Shown: positions 39,256 through 49,843, numbered from the stretch's first letter. The stretch: DNA of 64,000 bases from Archaeoglobaceae archaeon (GCA_038893835.1 JAWAQR010000002.1:44235-108234); one strand, 5' to 3'. Numbers and translations are program-made. The notes: generated by a model from the letters alone, not told the origin.

Positions 39256-40432
39256 TTGCAGAACATAAATTCAGCAACTCTTTTTCTCCATCTATTGGTC
39301 CTTTTGCAATCAAAACGTCCCCCGCAAAAATCTTTGTATTTGCAGTTGGCCTAGTAATCCATTCTCCTCTCCTCTTTATTGCAATAACGTGCATTCCCGT
39401 GTTTGTCTCAACTTTTGCTTCCCCAAGAGTTTTTCCCTCAAGAGTTGAGTTTTCACAAACCGTGACAATAGTCAAAACTTCATTAGTCTTCCTCATAGCC
39501 TCCTTGAATATCGATGGTAGCTCCATTTTCTTCAAAAGAACTTCCGCTATCTCTCTTGCACCATCCGCGATCTGTTCAGCACTATGGGCGAGCTCAAGTA
39601 TGGGGATCAAGGTTGATGGATCCTCAAATTTTTTACTGGCAAGCAGTATGTTTTTTTCAACCTCAAACTTAAGATTGTCCACCAAGCTTTCCAAGTACAC
39701 AACCTCCAACGCAACATCCTCGTTTCCATATATTAGTGAAGAATACGCTAAGTCCACGGCAAGTTCGGAGAGATTTTTCATCTCTACAAGCACATCCACT
39801 GCTTTGTCAAGTTCAGGTATTTCAAGCTCCAAAGCCGTCTCCAGCTCCCTTCTTTCACCAAGAACGAATTCATAAACCTTCGGAGCCATGTTTGGATCTC
39901 CTCTTACGAATATCGTATCTCCCTTCAAAATTTTCGTATTTTTGTTCACATCAAATATCCACTCCAGATCCCTTCTTATGGCTATGACTCTCATTCCGGT
40001 TACTTTCTGGAACTTCAGCTCTCCTAAAGTTTTGCCCGAAATTTGTGAGTACTCTGGCACAACCAGCTTCAATATCGTTTCTTCCGAGTGGCTTAAAATC
40101 AGCTTTATTATATCCTTTTCAAGTTTGTAATTTCTGAGAACGAGGGTTGCCTTATCACCAGCCGCGCTGCTCATTTTCTGGCTGGCATTGGCTATCTGTA
40201 AAATTGCAGCTATTCTCCTAGCATCCTCAACTCTTCTAACGGAAAGAGTTGCAAGAGTTCTTATTTCATTTAAAAGCTCATAGAACTTTGCTTCAAGCTC
40301 TAAAACTTCTTCAGCTATGTCCTCTGCATCGTAAAGGACAGAGGAATAAGCTAAATCTATTATCAACTCTGTAACATTTCTTATTTCGATCAGTAAGTCC
40401 TTAACTGTCTTAGGCATTTCATAACCTTTCAA
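39236..40432 (-). CDS. PhoU/TrkA-C repeat protein (putative K+ channel regulator)
   Basis: Duplicated DLAYSS...TGMxVIAIxR units. Confidence 0.88.
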   Translation of the reverse strand: MKGYEMPKTVKDLLIEIRNVTELIIDLAYSSVLYDAEDIAEEVLELEAKFYELLNEIRTLATLSVRRVEDARRIAAILQIANASQKMSSAAGDKATLVLRNYKLEKDIIKLILSHSEETILKLVVPEYSQISGKTLGELKFQKVTGMRVIAIRRDLEWIFDVNKNTKILKGDTIFVRGDPNMAPKVYEFVLGERRELETALELEIPELDKAVDVLVEMKNLSELAVDLAYSSLIYGNEDVALEVVYLESLVDNLKFEVEKNILLASKKFEDPSTLIPILELAHSAEQIADGAREIAEVLLKKMELPSIFKEAMRKTNEVLTIVTVCENSTLEGKTLGEAKVETNTGMHVIAIKRRGEWITRPTANTKIFAGDVLIAKGPIDGEKELLNLCSAIKKQVP

Positions 40433-40492
40433 GCATATAACATAAAAAACTTTTCCACTAGACTATTTATATCGAAAAACAGAAGGTAGATT

Positions 40493-40672
40493 ATGTGCGA
40501 ATCAAAGGTTATTTCAAGGGGAGAAATTCTGTTTGAAGACATAGTTCAGGTGAAGGTTGAAAGTGATAGATTGCTTTTTTTCGACATTTTAGGAAACAGG
40601 CGTGAAATAAAGGGAAAAATATTAGAAGTTGATCTGCTTGGACATAAGATAACTGTGGAGGTGTTTCAATGA
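40493..40672 (+). CDS. cooT: CooT-family nickel-binding protein (59 aa, not in the ORF track)
   Basis: MCESKV...FEDIV...DILG...GKILEVDLLGHKI; Cys2 and late His; stop overlaps gap ATG. Confidence 0.85.
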   Translation: MCESKVISRGEILFEDIVQVKVESDRLLFFDILGNRREIKGKILEVDLLGHKITVEVFQ

Positions 40673-41676
40673 TAAGGGTAGCGATAAACGGTTATGGAAC
40701 AATAGGTAAAAGAGTTGCAGATGCCGTAGCCTTACAGGATGATATGAAAGTCGTAGGAGTGACAAAAACCAAGCCCGATTTTGAGGCAAGGCTTGCAAAG
40801 AGAAAATTTGATCTATACGTAGCAAAACCCGAAAACGTTGAACTTTTTGAAAAGGCAGGAATAGAGATAAGTGGAACAGTAGAAGATCTCATAAAGAAGG
40901 TCGATATCATCATAGACGCCAGTCCTGACAAAGTTGGAGCGGAAAATAAGAAGATTTATGAAAAATTCGGAGTTAGGGCAATATTTCAGGGTGGTGAGAA
41001 AAAAGAGGTTGCAGAGGTTTCCTTCAATGCAATAGCAAACTATGATGATGCTATTGGTAAAAGATATGTTAGAGTTGTGAGCTGTAACACGACTGCACTT
41101 ACCAGAACTATCTATCAGCTGAAAAAAAACTTCAAAATAGGTAGGATTAGAGCTACAATTCTAAGAAGAATTGCAGATCCAAAGGAAGATAAAAAGGGTT
41201 TGACAAATGCAATCGTTCCAGATCCAGTATCTTTGCCGTCGCACCATGCAATGGATGTAAAAACAGTTCTTCCGGATGTCGACATCGTAACAACTGCGTT
41301 CAAACTTCCAACAACGCTGATGCATGTTCATTCCTTGGCCATAGAGCTCAAGGAGAAGGTAACAAGAGAAGATGTCATCTCTGCCTTGGAAAAAGAGCCA
41401 AGAATTCTACTACTATCAGCAGAAGATGGATTCACATCGACTGCAAAAATAATAGAATATGCAAGAGAGTTGAGAATGAGATATGATCTATATGAGAACG
41501 TTATATGGCTAGAATCTATAGCGATAGACGGATATGATCTATTTCTAACCCAAGCAGTGCATCAGGAGGCAATAGTGATCCCGGAGAACGTGGACGCGAT
41601 TAGAGCAATCTTTGGAATTCCAAAAATGGAAAGCATAAATAAAACAAATAAAACACTTAAAATAGGATATTTATAA
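40669..41676 (+). CDS. gap: Glyceraldehyde-3-phosphate dehydrogenase, archaeal type II
   Basis: NGYGTIGKRVADA, VVSCNTT, PSHH, HQEAIVIPENVDA. Confidence 0.96.
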   Translation: MIRVAINGYGTIGKRVADAVALQDDMKVVGVTKTKPDFEARLAKRKFDLYVAKPENVELFEKAGIEISGTVEDLIKKVDIIIDASPDKVGAENKKIYEKFGVRAIFQGGEKKEVAEVSFNAIANYDDAIGKRYVRVVSCNTTALTRTIYQLKKNFKIGRIRATILRRIADPKEDKKGLTNAIVPDPVSLPSHHAMDVKTVLPDVDIVTTAFKLPTTLMHVHSLAIELKEKVTREDVISALEKEPRILLLSAEDGFTSTAKIIEYARELRMRYDLYENVIWLESIAIDGYDLFLTQAVHQEAIVIPENVDAIRAIFGIPKMESINKTNKTLKIGYL

Positions 41677-41691
41677 TTTTTGGTGAAAAAT

Positions 41692-42162
41692 ATGGGAGGG
41701 GAAGTCAATAAGATAGTTACCCTTTGTGGAAAAAGTTGGGCCAAGATAGGAGCGGAATTCATATTCCTTGGCGGAAAACCTGAGTGTGAGAACTGCAAGA
41801 TTAAAAAGACTTGCTTAAAACTGCGTGAAGGTGCAAAGTATAAGATAGTTGGGCTTAGAGATGGAACAGTACAAGAATGTCAACTTCATGAAGACGGTGT
41901 TGTAGCGGTGGAAGTGATTGAACTCCCAATAATAGCGCTCGTTGAGTCAACGCTAACAGAGGGTGTCAAGTTTAGATATCAGGAGAGAAAATGCGGACAT
42001 TATGAGTGCAGTATGTACAATCTATGCCATCCAGTTGAATTAAAGGATGGAGAGATTGTTATAGTTGAAAAGGTTATAGGAGAATCACCGGAAAAATGCG
42101 CTCTAGGATATAACTTTGTAGTCGTAGAATTAAAAAGAGAAGAAGTTCAAAGTTCAGCGTAA
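41692..42162 (+). CDS. UPF0179 family protein
   Basis: CENCKIKKTC, CQLHEDGV, C-C-CHP pattern. Confidence 0.85.
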   Translation: MGGEVNKIVTLCGKSWAKIGAEFIFLGGKPECENCKIKKTCLKLREGAKYKIVGLRDGTVQECQLHEDGVVAVEVIELPIIALVESTLTEGVKFRYQERKCGHYECSMYNLCHPVELKDGEIVIVEKVIGESPEKCALGYNFVVVELKREEVQSSA

Positions 42163-42777
42163 AAGTGGCTTTAAAATCACCGCTTTCGGAACTTTCAATC
42201 TAAACTCCTCAGGATTTGCCTCTGTCCTTGGAATTGCTCCATAGTGCATTGGAATGTAAACTTTCGCCTTTATATCCCAAGCAGCCTCGACTGCTTCCTT
42301 TACATTCATCGTATAAGTGCCCCCGATTGGCAAAAGAGCTATATCTACTTCTAAACCCTTCATTTCTGGAATTCTATCTGTATCACCGGCATGGTATATC
42401 TTTACCCCATCCATCTCAACGATGTAGCCGACACCACCCTTTTTGTGAAATGGTTTATCCACATTGTAAGCGGGGAAAGTTTTTATTTTAACGCCGCTTA
42501 CAACCCTTTCCTCTCCCTCAGCAAGAGAACAACTTTCAAAACCCTCAACTATGCAGCCTTTTGGAGTTACAACCACAGTATCGCTCTTTGAAAGTCTTTT
42601 TATAGACTTTATATCCAAATGGTCAAAGTGATCGTGTGTCACCAAAATCAAATCCGCTTTTTCAAGCCCTTCCGGCACTTCATATGGATCTATGTACAAC
42701 ACCTTCGAGCCCTTTATTTTGAAGCCAGCGTGCTTTAAATAAGTTATTTCTAAGTTTTCATACTTTAATGTGTTCAT
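42154..42777 (-). CDS. MBL-fold metallo-hydrolase
   Basis: YIDPY, THDHFDH, YHAGDT, PIGG, IPMHYG. Confidence 0.9.
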   Translation of the reverse strand: MNTLKYENLEITYLKHAGFKIKGSKVLYIDPYEVPEGLEKADLILVTHDHFDHLDIKSIKRLSKSDTVVVTPKGCIVEGFESCSLAEGEERVVSGVKIKTFPAYNVDKPFHKKGGVGYIVEMDGVKIYHAGDTDRIPEMKGLEVDIALLPIGGTYTMNVKEAVEAAWDIKAKVYIPMHYGAIPRTEANPEEFRLKVPKAVILKPLLR

Positions 42778-42859
42778 ATAAAAAATTACTTTCAAGCATT
42801 AAAAATCTTTTGTTGAATTGAAGGGAAAAGTGTATATATAAGAAATAGGATTCAAAGGT

Positions 42860-44509
42860 GTGAAAGAAATAATAATGAAGCACGTTGCAATTAATTCCGC
42901 TAAATTCGGGAAAGCTGATGAGAAAGCAGTTCTTGGGAAAGTTATCGCCGAAAATCCTGAACTGAAGGCAAAGATCAGGGAAATCATACCGCTGATCAGG
43001 GAATGTATATTGGAGTTCGAATCCATGAGTGAGGAAGATAGAAAGGCTATAATTAGTAAATATTCATTTGAAAAGAAAAGTGTTGAAAAAGAGTTAATCC
43101 TTCCACCGCTTCCAAAGGCTGAGAAGGGAAAGGTAGTGATGCGTTTTGCACCAAATCCAAATGGTCCACCAACACTTGGATCTGCGAGAGGAATAATAAT
43201 AAATGGGGAATACTGCAAAATGTATGATGGTAAATACATTATAAGATTCGATGATACGGATCCAAAGACAAAAAGGCCAATGTTGGAAGCTTATGATTGG
43301 TATCTCGAAGACATAGAATGGCTTGGATATGAGCCAGATGAGGTGATTTATGCGTCAAAAAGAATTCCTATTTATTATGAATATGCCAAAAAGTTGATCG
43401 AGATCGGAAAAGCTTACGCATGTTTCTGTAACAAGGAGGAGTTTAAGAAATATAGAGACAGCGGAATTCCATGTGTGCACAGAGAGAGTGAGGTCGAGAA
43501 AAATCTTGAAATATGGGAAGGGATGCTTGAAGGCAGATACGATGAGGGTGAAGTTGTGCTAAGGATAAAGACAGACTTGTCACACAAAGATCCAGCCGTT
43601 AGAGACTGGGTTGCTTTTAGAATAATCTACACACCACACCCACTCGTTGGAGATTCTTACATCGTTTATCCAACTCTAGATTTTGAGTCTGCAATCGAGG
43701 ATTTTCTCTGCAAAACAACCCATATCCTTCGTGGCAAGGATTTGAGGGATTCGGAGCTGAGACAAAGATATATCTACAATTACATGGGCTGGGAATACCC
43801 TGTGACAATGCACTGGGGTAGAGTAAACGTGGTCGAATTTGGAAAACTTTCAACTTCTCTTATAAAGAAAGAAATCGAGTCCGGAAAATACGAGGGCTGG
43901 GATGATCCAAGGTTACCAACTATTAGAGCTTTAAGAAGACGAGGAATATCGGCAGAGGCAATAAGAAAGTTCTTCATATCTTTAGGACTAAGTGAAAGTG
44001 ATGTGAACATAAGTCTAAAGAATCTATATGCCGAGAATAGAAAAATCATAGATCCGAATGCAAACAGATACTTCTTCGTCGCAAATCCCGTGGAGATAGA
44101 AATAGAAGGTTTACCGAATGAACCTCTCGTAGAGATTCCACTAAATCCGAAAAAAAATGAAAAGAGAGTGTTAAAAGGAGAAAGATTTGTTTATGTTTCA
44201 TTAGAAGATTTTGAAAAATTTAAAGGGGAAAATGTAAGGCTAAAAGATTTCTGTAATGTGATTCTAGAGAAAAAAGCAAAATTCGTCAGCTTTGAACTAT
44301 TGGGGGCAAAGAAGGGAAAAAATATAATCCACTGGTTGCCGAAGAGTTCTGCGGTGAAGTGCAAAGTTCTTGGAGAGAAGGTATGGGAGGGTCTAGCTGA
44401 GAAGGGGATTGAGAAGGAGGTTGGAAAAGTTGTTCAATTCGAGAGATTCGGATTTTGCAGGATTGAAAGAGCTAATGGGGAAGTTGTTGCCATATACACA
44501 CATGACTGA
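42860..44509 (+). CDS. gltX: Glutamate--tRNA ligase (archaeal)
   Basis: RFAPNPNGPPTLG, RFDDTDP, RGKD, LSTS, WDDPRLPT, QFERFGF. Confidence 0.96.
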   Translation: MKEIIMKHVAINSAKFGKADEKAVLGKVIAENPELKAKIREIIPLIRECILEFESMSEEDRKAIISKYSFEKKSVEKELILPPLPKAEKGKVVMRFAPNPNGPPTLGSARGIIINGEYCKMYDGKYIIRFDDTDPKTKRPMLEAYDWYLEDIEWLGYEPDEVIYASKRIPIYYEYAKKLIEIGKAYACFCNKEEFKKYRDSGIPCVHRESEVEKNLEIWEGMLEGRYDEGEVVLRIKTDLSHKDPAVRDWVAFRIIYTPHPLVGDSYIVYPTLDFESAIEDFLCKTTHILRGKDLRDSELRQRYIYNYMGWEYPVTMHWGRVNVVEFGKLSTSLIKKEIESGKYEGWDDPRLPTIRALRRRGISAEAIRKFFISLGLSESDVNISLKNLYAENRKIIDPNANRYFFVANPVEIEIEGLPNEPLVEIPLNPKKNEKRVLKGERFVYVSLEDFEKFKGENVRLKDFCNVILEKKAKFVSFELLGAKKGKNIIHWLPKSSAVKCKVLGEKVWEGLAEKGIEKEVGKVVQFERFGFCRIERANGEVVAIYTHD

Positions 44510-44602
44510 TTTCAGGGTAAATCTTTTATGTTGTAGCATCTACAAACGAAAGATTAATATAACTCCACATGGTTGAGCGAAAAAAAGAAGGAGGGATCGG
44601 AG

Positions 44603-44872
44603 ATGGCAGAGAATGCGGTATTTGTTGGGAATAAACCTGTGATGAATTACGTTTTGGCCGTGTTGACTCAGTTCAATAGCGGAGCGACTGAGGTTTCAAT
44701 AAAAGCGCGTGGTAAGGCGATAAGCAGAGCTGTGGATGTTGCGGAGATAGTCAGAAAACGCTTTCTGCCAGATGTTGACGTTAAAGATATAAAGATCTCG
44801 ACAGAACAGGTTACCGGTGAACAAGGGACCGCAAACGTCTCTGCTATTGAAATAGTCCTGCAGAGGAAGTAA
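44603..44872 (+). CDS. albA: DNA/RNA-binding protein Alba
   Basis: [37 protein letters not shown]. Confidence 0.96.
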   Translation: MAENAVFVGNKPVMNYVLAVLTQFNSGATEVSIKARGKAISRAVDVAEIVRKRFLPDVDVKDIKISTEQVTGEQGTANVSAIEIVLQRK

Positions 44873-44900
44873 TTATTTTTATTATTATATTTATTTAATA

Positions 44901-45323
44901 ATGATTTTTGAGGTCCGCGCTTTTGGGCATCCCAACATAACTGCCAAACATCCCTCCACAGTTGAGGTTACGAAAGATCCTGAAATTTCTAAGAGAGCTG
45001 ATTGTGTAATAGGGGTTAAGGCAGATAAAAGTATCTCCGATTTGCCTAAGGAAGTGAAGGAAGAGTTAAAAAAGAATGTTAAAGTGGAGGTTGAACTTCT
45101 CCTACCAGAATATGGGATAAAAGATTGTCTAATAGGTTTTGGAAGTGAAAAGTTGATCCTGAATCACGAAAGAGATATTGTGATCAGAAAAAGCACGTTC
45201 ATATGTGGAAGAACGCTGCTAATCTCGGCAAACAAGTCTGCTAAAGATATAAGGAGGGAGATGGCCGAGCTTTTAAAAGATAGAAAAACTGAATTGGTTT
45301 TACTTTTTAAGATTGAAGATTAA
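44901..45323 (+). CDS. DUF371 family protein
   Basis: GHPNITAKHPSTVEVTKD, DCVIGVKADK, RKSTFIC-RT. Confidence 0.88.
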   Translation: MIFEVRAFGHPNITAKHPSTVEVTKDPEISKRADCVIGVKADKSISDLPKEVKEELKKNVKVEVELLLPEYGIKDCLIGFGSEKLILNHERDIVIRKSTFICGRTLLISANKSAKDIRREMAELLKDRKTELVLLFKIED

Positions 45324-46718
45324 AAATGTTGCCAGAGATGCTAGCAATCCAGGAACGACTGGATACGTGAAGTAAACTCTGTAGAAGTAGATTTGCCAAA
45401 TTATACAAACAGCTACGGCTACGATCATCGAAGATATAACTGCACCCTTTCTTATATTCCCAGCATAAAGCGTCGCGATTAGCGGAATTAAAAAGGCAGA
45501 AGTTATGACGGAAAAGCTTACTCCAACTATTTCAACTATGATTCCCGGTGGGCTAATCGCAAAAGCTACTGGAATTAAGGCAAAAACTACTACAGCCAAC
45601 CTAGTTAGCTTTAGTGCCTTTGAGTCATCTATTCTTCTCAAGTTTTGAAGTAAATCTCTGACTAGAGCAGTTGCGGAAACGTGGACCAAGGAATTTATCG
45701 TCGACATTGCAGCAGCGATTATGGCTGTTAGAAGTAACGCGTTTACCCCTAATGGGAGCATCTTCATCGCCATGTAAGGCACAACTTTGTCCGCATCTTT
45801 TAAAAATGTGGAGATTTCCTCCTTAGGTATAACAAGCCAGCCAAATGGGCCTATGCTAAATACGCAGATTGCAAATATTCCAACAATTGCAGGTGTTAGG
45901 ATCATGCCATATGCAAGAACTCGCTGATCTTTTGCGGCCACAAATCTTATCACCAACTGTGGACTTGAGAGCTGGGCAATGCTTATGGCAAATGTTAGGC
46001 TGAGGACAAAGGGGATGATCATACCAGCATTCATTACTGGTGTTGGACCCATTTTTCCAATTTCAAAGACTTCAGGCTTTACAACCCTAAGCTTTGCTAT
46101 CGCTTCAAGTCCACCAAAGGAGTAAAGAATAGAAAGGAAAAGGACTATGGCTCCTATGAACATAATAGCTCCCTGGATTATATCAGTGGTCACAACGGCT
46201 CTAAAACCACCTATGGCCGTATAAATCGTCACTATAATTGCAGTTATCAGTAAAGCATCGAGATAACTTATGGACAACATCGTCTGAAGAAGAATTCCTG
46301 CCCCTTTGTAAATCGAAACCATGTAGAATTCAAAGAAGAAAAGTATTACAAGAGCACAGATTATCTGAACGTCTTTTCCAAACTTTCTACCAAAGATTTC
46401 CGGAATTGTCATCGCTCCCTGTTCATCGGCGATTCTCTTCAATGGGGGTGCTATTAAGAGCCATGCGAGAATTGCAAATAGAATGTGGAAGAAGATTAAA
46501 AAAGCGGACCATTGAAAGCCTAAAATGAATCCCGTTCCTCCGCCACCGAGGAAGGCTGCAGTGCTGAAATATGTTGCAAAGAAAGAAAAGCTAACGGCTA
46601 ATGGACCAAGTTTTTTTCCGGCGATGTAAAATTCCGGAAGGTTTCTAGTCCTTCGATACTCGTAAATACCAATGAGAACCATTAAAATCAAATATGCAAC
46701 AAAAGTTTCGAGGATCAT
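45300..46718 (-). CDS. Sodium:solute symporter family protein
   Basis: FYIAGK, ATYFSTAAFLG, YTAIGGFRAVVTTD, AAAMST; about 13 TM. Confidence 0.92.
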   Translation of the reverse strand: MILETFVAYLILMVLIGIYEYRRTRNLPEFYIAGKKLGPLAVSFSFFATYFSTAAFLGGGGTGFILGFQWSAFLIFFHILFAILAWLLIAPPLKRIADEQGAMTIPEIFGRKFGKDVQIICALVILFFFEFYMVSIYKGAGILLQTMLSISYLDALLITAIIVTIYTAIGGFRAVVTTDIIQGAIMFIGAIVLFLSILYSFGGLEAIAKLRVVKPEVFEIGKMGPTPVMNAGMIIPFVLSLTFAISIAQLSSPQLVIRFVAAKDQRVLAYGMILTPAIVGIFAICVFSIGPFGWLVIPKEEISTFLKDADKVVPYMAMKMLPLGVNALLLTAIIAAAMSTINSLVHVSATALVRDLLQNLRRIDDSKALKLTRLAVVVFALIPVAFAISPPGIIVEIVGVSFSVITSAFLIPLIATLYAGNIRKGAVISSMIVAVAVCIIWQIYFYRVYFTYPVVPGLLASLATFLIFNLKK

Positions 46719-46801
46719 AGCTTTCTCGCCTTTCTAAATGCCACTATTGTACCAACAAAAATCAAAAATATCGAAGTTCCGTAAACGAGTTCCAATATCA
46801 T
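46715..46801 (-). CDS. 28-aa single-TM protein, probable symporter small subunit (not in the ORF track)
   Basis: MILELVYGTSIFLIFVGTIVAFRKARKL; ATGA overlaps with both neighbours. Confidence 0.75.
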   Translation of the reverse strand: MILELVYGTSIFLIFVGTIVAFRKARKL

Positions 46802-48003
46802 ATTCTTATCAACCTCCTAGCCTTACCTTCAAACCTTTCAAGCTGACCTTTTGAAACGGAAATAAGTTCAGGATTTATTCCTATGAATTCTCTTATATCC
46901 CTAGCAATACGTGGGAGCAATGAGGGATCTCCTTCAAAGAAAATTTTGACTTCAGAACCAACTTCGATCTTATACTGAGTGATCCCGTATCTTGCAAGGA
47001 TGCTTTCGACATCACTCGGATAGAACTTCACCCCACTATGAATTATCATATCATCTGTCCTTCCCTTGATTCTTTTCAGCGTTATGTGCTCTATTCCACA
47101 TTCGCACCGCTCTTTTGAAACGATTTCTGACACTTCTCCACTTCTATATCTTATCAACGGCATAGCTTCCCTGTTTATCGCAGTATAAACGATTTCTCCC
47201 TCCTCGCCCTCTTCAAGCACTTCTCCAGTCTCAGGATCGACGACTTCGATTATGTAATTATCCTCCCACATGTGCAATCCTTTACGAAGAGGACACTCAA
47301 AGCCAACAGTTCCAACTCCCCCCATCTCAGTTAAGCCAGGAATGTCGAAAGTTACGGCTTCAAAAGTTTCCTCGATTCTCTTTCGCATCTCATCGCTCCA
47401 TGGCTCTGCTCCTAAGAGCATTTTTTCAATTGGCAACTCTGAAGGCTTATAGCCAAGTTCCTCCGCAACTTCAGCAATTCTTAAAGGATAACTTGCGGTA
47501 GCACAGAGTACGGTTGTGCCAAAATCGAGCATGAAGCGAATCTGATTCCTAGTGTTACCAGGACCTATTGGAATTACAAAGGCGTTGATCGCATCTGCTG
47601 CAAAGTGAAAGCCAAAACCACCATTCCACAATCCAAAAGCAGGAGTTATTTGTATGACGTCTTTTGAGGTTATTCCGGCAATTTGAAAGGCTCTCAGCAT
47701 CATCTCTCTCCATTGATAAACGTCTTTCCTCGTATAAGGAACTATCACCGGCTGTCCAGTAGTGCCACCACTCATCTGGATGCGAACGATTCTTTCCTTG
47801 GGCACGCAACTCATCTTCAATGGATATGCGTTGCGCAAATCCTGTTTAGTTGTGAATGGGAGCTTTGATAAGTTATCTGGTGTTATTCTATCGATGTTTA
47901 TACCCTCAAATTTTCTTCTATAAAATTCACAATTCTGATAGACGTATCTCAACGTGTACCTTAGCCTTTTTCGCTTTATTTCCTCAATTTCCTCCCTTTT
48001 CAT
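46798..48003 (-). CDS. Phenylacetate--CoA ligase family protein (second, divergent paralogue)
   Basis: QMSGGTTGQP, AFGLWNGGFG, GAEPWSD, DIPGLTE, GKARR. Confidence 0.88.
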   Translation of the reverse strand: MKREEIEEIKRKRLRYTLRYVYQNCEFYRRKFEGINIDRITPDNLSKLPFTTKQDLRNAYPLKMSCVPKERIVRIQMSGGTTGQPVIVPYTRKDVYQWREMMLRAFQIAGITSKDVIQITPAFGLWNGGFGFHFAADAINAFVIPIGPGNTRNQIRFMLDFGTTVLCATASYPLRIAEVAEELGYKPSELPIEKMLLGAEPWSDEMRKRIEETFEAVTFDIPGLTEMGGVGTVGFECPLRKGLHMWEDNYIIEVVDPETGEVLEEGEEGEIVYTAINREAMPLIRYRSGEVSEIVSKERCECGIEHITLKRIKGRTDDMIIHSGVKFYPSDVESILARYGITQYKIEVGSEVKIFFEGDPSLLPRIARDIREFIGINPELISVSKGQLERFEGKARRLIRI

Positions 48004-48137
48004 GTAAATTCCATCACTCACGTAGAAAAAGTATATGCTCACTATATAAGCTTTTACCTTTTTATGTGGCCTATGACTCAATGTGTAACATGATTTTTGT
48101 GCAAAGGATCTTATACATGTTCAGCAAGTCCATCATA

Positions 48138-49589
48138 ATGCTATGGACCGAAAAATATCGTCCCGAAAATCTAAATGAAGTTGTGGCTGATAAAGAGATA
48201 ATTGCAAAGGTATTAGATTGGGCAAAAAGATGGCAAAAAGAAAGCTGGAAACCACTTTTACTGGCAGGTCCACCAGGAGTCGGTAAAACATCTCTAGCAC
48301 TCGCTCTTGCCAATACCATGAAATGGGAAACTGTAGAGCTAAATGCAAGCGATCAGAGAAATTGGGAAGTAATAGATAAAATAATAGGTGAGGGTGCATT
48401 TAGTGAAACTATAAGCGATGAAGGTGAATTCCTTTCTTCAAGCGGAGGAAGGTTGAAGCTGATAATACTTGATGAAGTAGACAACATCCATAAGAAAGAG
48501 GATGTCGGCGGAGAAGCGGCTTTGATCAGGATAATTAAAAAGAAGCCAAGACAGCCAATAATTCTCATAGCCAACGACCCATACGAGCTTTCCCAAGAAC
48601 TTAGATCTCTCTGCGAATTTATTGAGTTTCGGAGAGTTCCAAAAACGCAGATTGTGAAACTTTTACAAAAAATATGCTTAAAGGAGGGAATAGAGTGTGA
48701 AAAAGAAGTTCTAGAAAAGATTGCAGAAAATGCAGGGGGTGATTTGAGGGCTGCAATAAACGATCTGCAAGCAATTGCGGAAGGGAAAAAAAAGATAACG
48801 CTCGAAGACTTTGTAATTGGAAAAAGAACTCAGGAAATAGATATTTTCAAACTACTTCAGAGAATATTCAAAACAAACTACTCCGCTTATTCCGACGCCA
48901 TGCTGCTTGACGAGGCACCGGAAGATTTAATACAATGGATAGAAGAGAATCTTCCACTTGAATATCAGAAGATGGATTTGGTTAGGGGGTACATGGTTTT
49001 ATCCAGGGCCGATATTTTCCTAGGAAGAGTTCGAAGAAGGCAGGCTTACAGGCTTTGGAAATATGCGACATTCCTGATGACAGATGGTATTCAAAAAATA
49101 AGAGAGGAGAAGAGGGCTGGATTCACACACTACAGGCGTCCACAAACGTGGCAGTATCTCTTCCAAACGAAAAAGAGTAGAGAGATAAGGGACAACGTTT
49201 TAAAAAAGATCTCCAACTACTCTCATCTCTCAACTAGGAAAGCGAAAAACGAGATGCTTCCAACGATTGCATTTTTACTCCAAAATCTAGACATTGAAAG
49301 GAGTGCAAAAATTGCCGCTTTTTACGATTTCAGCAAAGAAGATTTGAACTTCTTGGTTGGTGAAAACAGGGCAAAAGAGATCATGGATTTCATAGAGAAA
49401 AATAGAATTCATAGAGTCGATGAGACCTGGATTTCAGCCAAAGCTTTAACCACTGAAAGTGAGAGAGAAGTTGAGGAAGAAAGAATAGAGGAAAAGGATG
49501 TAAAGAAGACTGAAGAAGCTGGCAAAAAGAGGGGGAGAAAGAAAAAAGAAGTGGAGACAAAAAGTTTAACTCTCGAGGACTTCTTCTAA
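48138..49589 (+). CDS. rfcL: Replication factor C large subunit
   Basis: WTEKYRP, GPPGVGKT, ELNASDQR, LDEVD, GDLRAAINDLQ, C-terminal PIP-like TLEDFF. Confidence 0.96.
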   Translation: MLWTEKYRPENLNEVVADKEIIAKVLDWAKRWQKESWKPLLLAGPPGVGKTSLALALANTMKWETVELNASDQRNWEVIDKIIGEGAFSETISDEGEFLSSSGGRLKLIILDEVDNIHKKEDVGGEAALIRIIKKKPRQPIILIANDPYELSQELRSLCEFIEFRRVPKTQIVKLLQKICLKEGIECEKEVLEKIAENAGGDLRAAINDLQAIAEGKKKITLEDFVIGKRTQEIDIFKLLQRIFKTNYSAYSDAMLLDEAPEDLIQWIEENLPLEYQKMDLVRGYMVLSRADIFLGRVRRRQAYRLWKYATFLMTDGIQKIREEKRAGFTHYRRPQTWQYLFQTKKSREIRDNVLKKISNYSHLSTRKAKNEMLPTIAFLLQNLDIERSAKIAAFYDFSKEDLNFLVGENRAKEIMDFIEKNRIHRVDETWISAKALTTESEREVEEERIEEKDVKKTEEAGKKRGRKKKEVETKSLTLEDFF

Positions 49590-49591
49590 TC

Positions 49592-49843
49592 ATGGTGTTC
49601 GAACTCGAAGAATTGCTTATAGAGAAGAGAACGCTGGAGGAAAAGATAGTTGAAGAGATAGCTAAAAAGACTGGAAAAAGCATTCAAGAAGTATTTTCAA
49701 TGATAAGCGAAAGACAGGAGAGAATGGAAAACCTCGTCAGCTTCGAGATTGTTGCCCTTATAGTGGCGAAAGAAGTTGGTTTAAACATCTCTGAATACCT
49801 TCCCATAGTTGAAAAGAAAGTTTTCGATGAAGTTTCTGACTGA
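49592..49843 (+). CDS. Small hypothetical protein (DUF2240-like C-terminus)
   Basis: 83 aa coupled ORF; VALIVAKEVGLNI. Confidence 0.65.
   Translation: MVFELEELLIEKRTLEEKIVEEIAKKTGKSIQEVFSMISERQERMENLVSFEIVALIVAKEVGLNISEYLPIVEKKVFDEVSD

Noticed and set aside
47856-48137. Long N-terminal extensions of RfcL and the second ligase in the ORF track
   Set aside because: Homology begins at MLWTEKYRP (48138) and MKREEIEE (48003); the region between is a divergent promoter.
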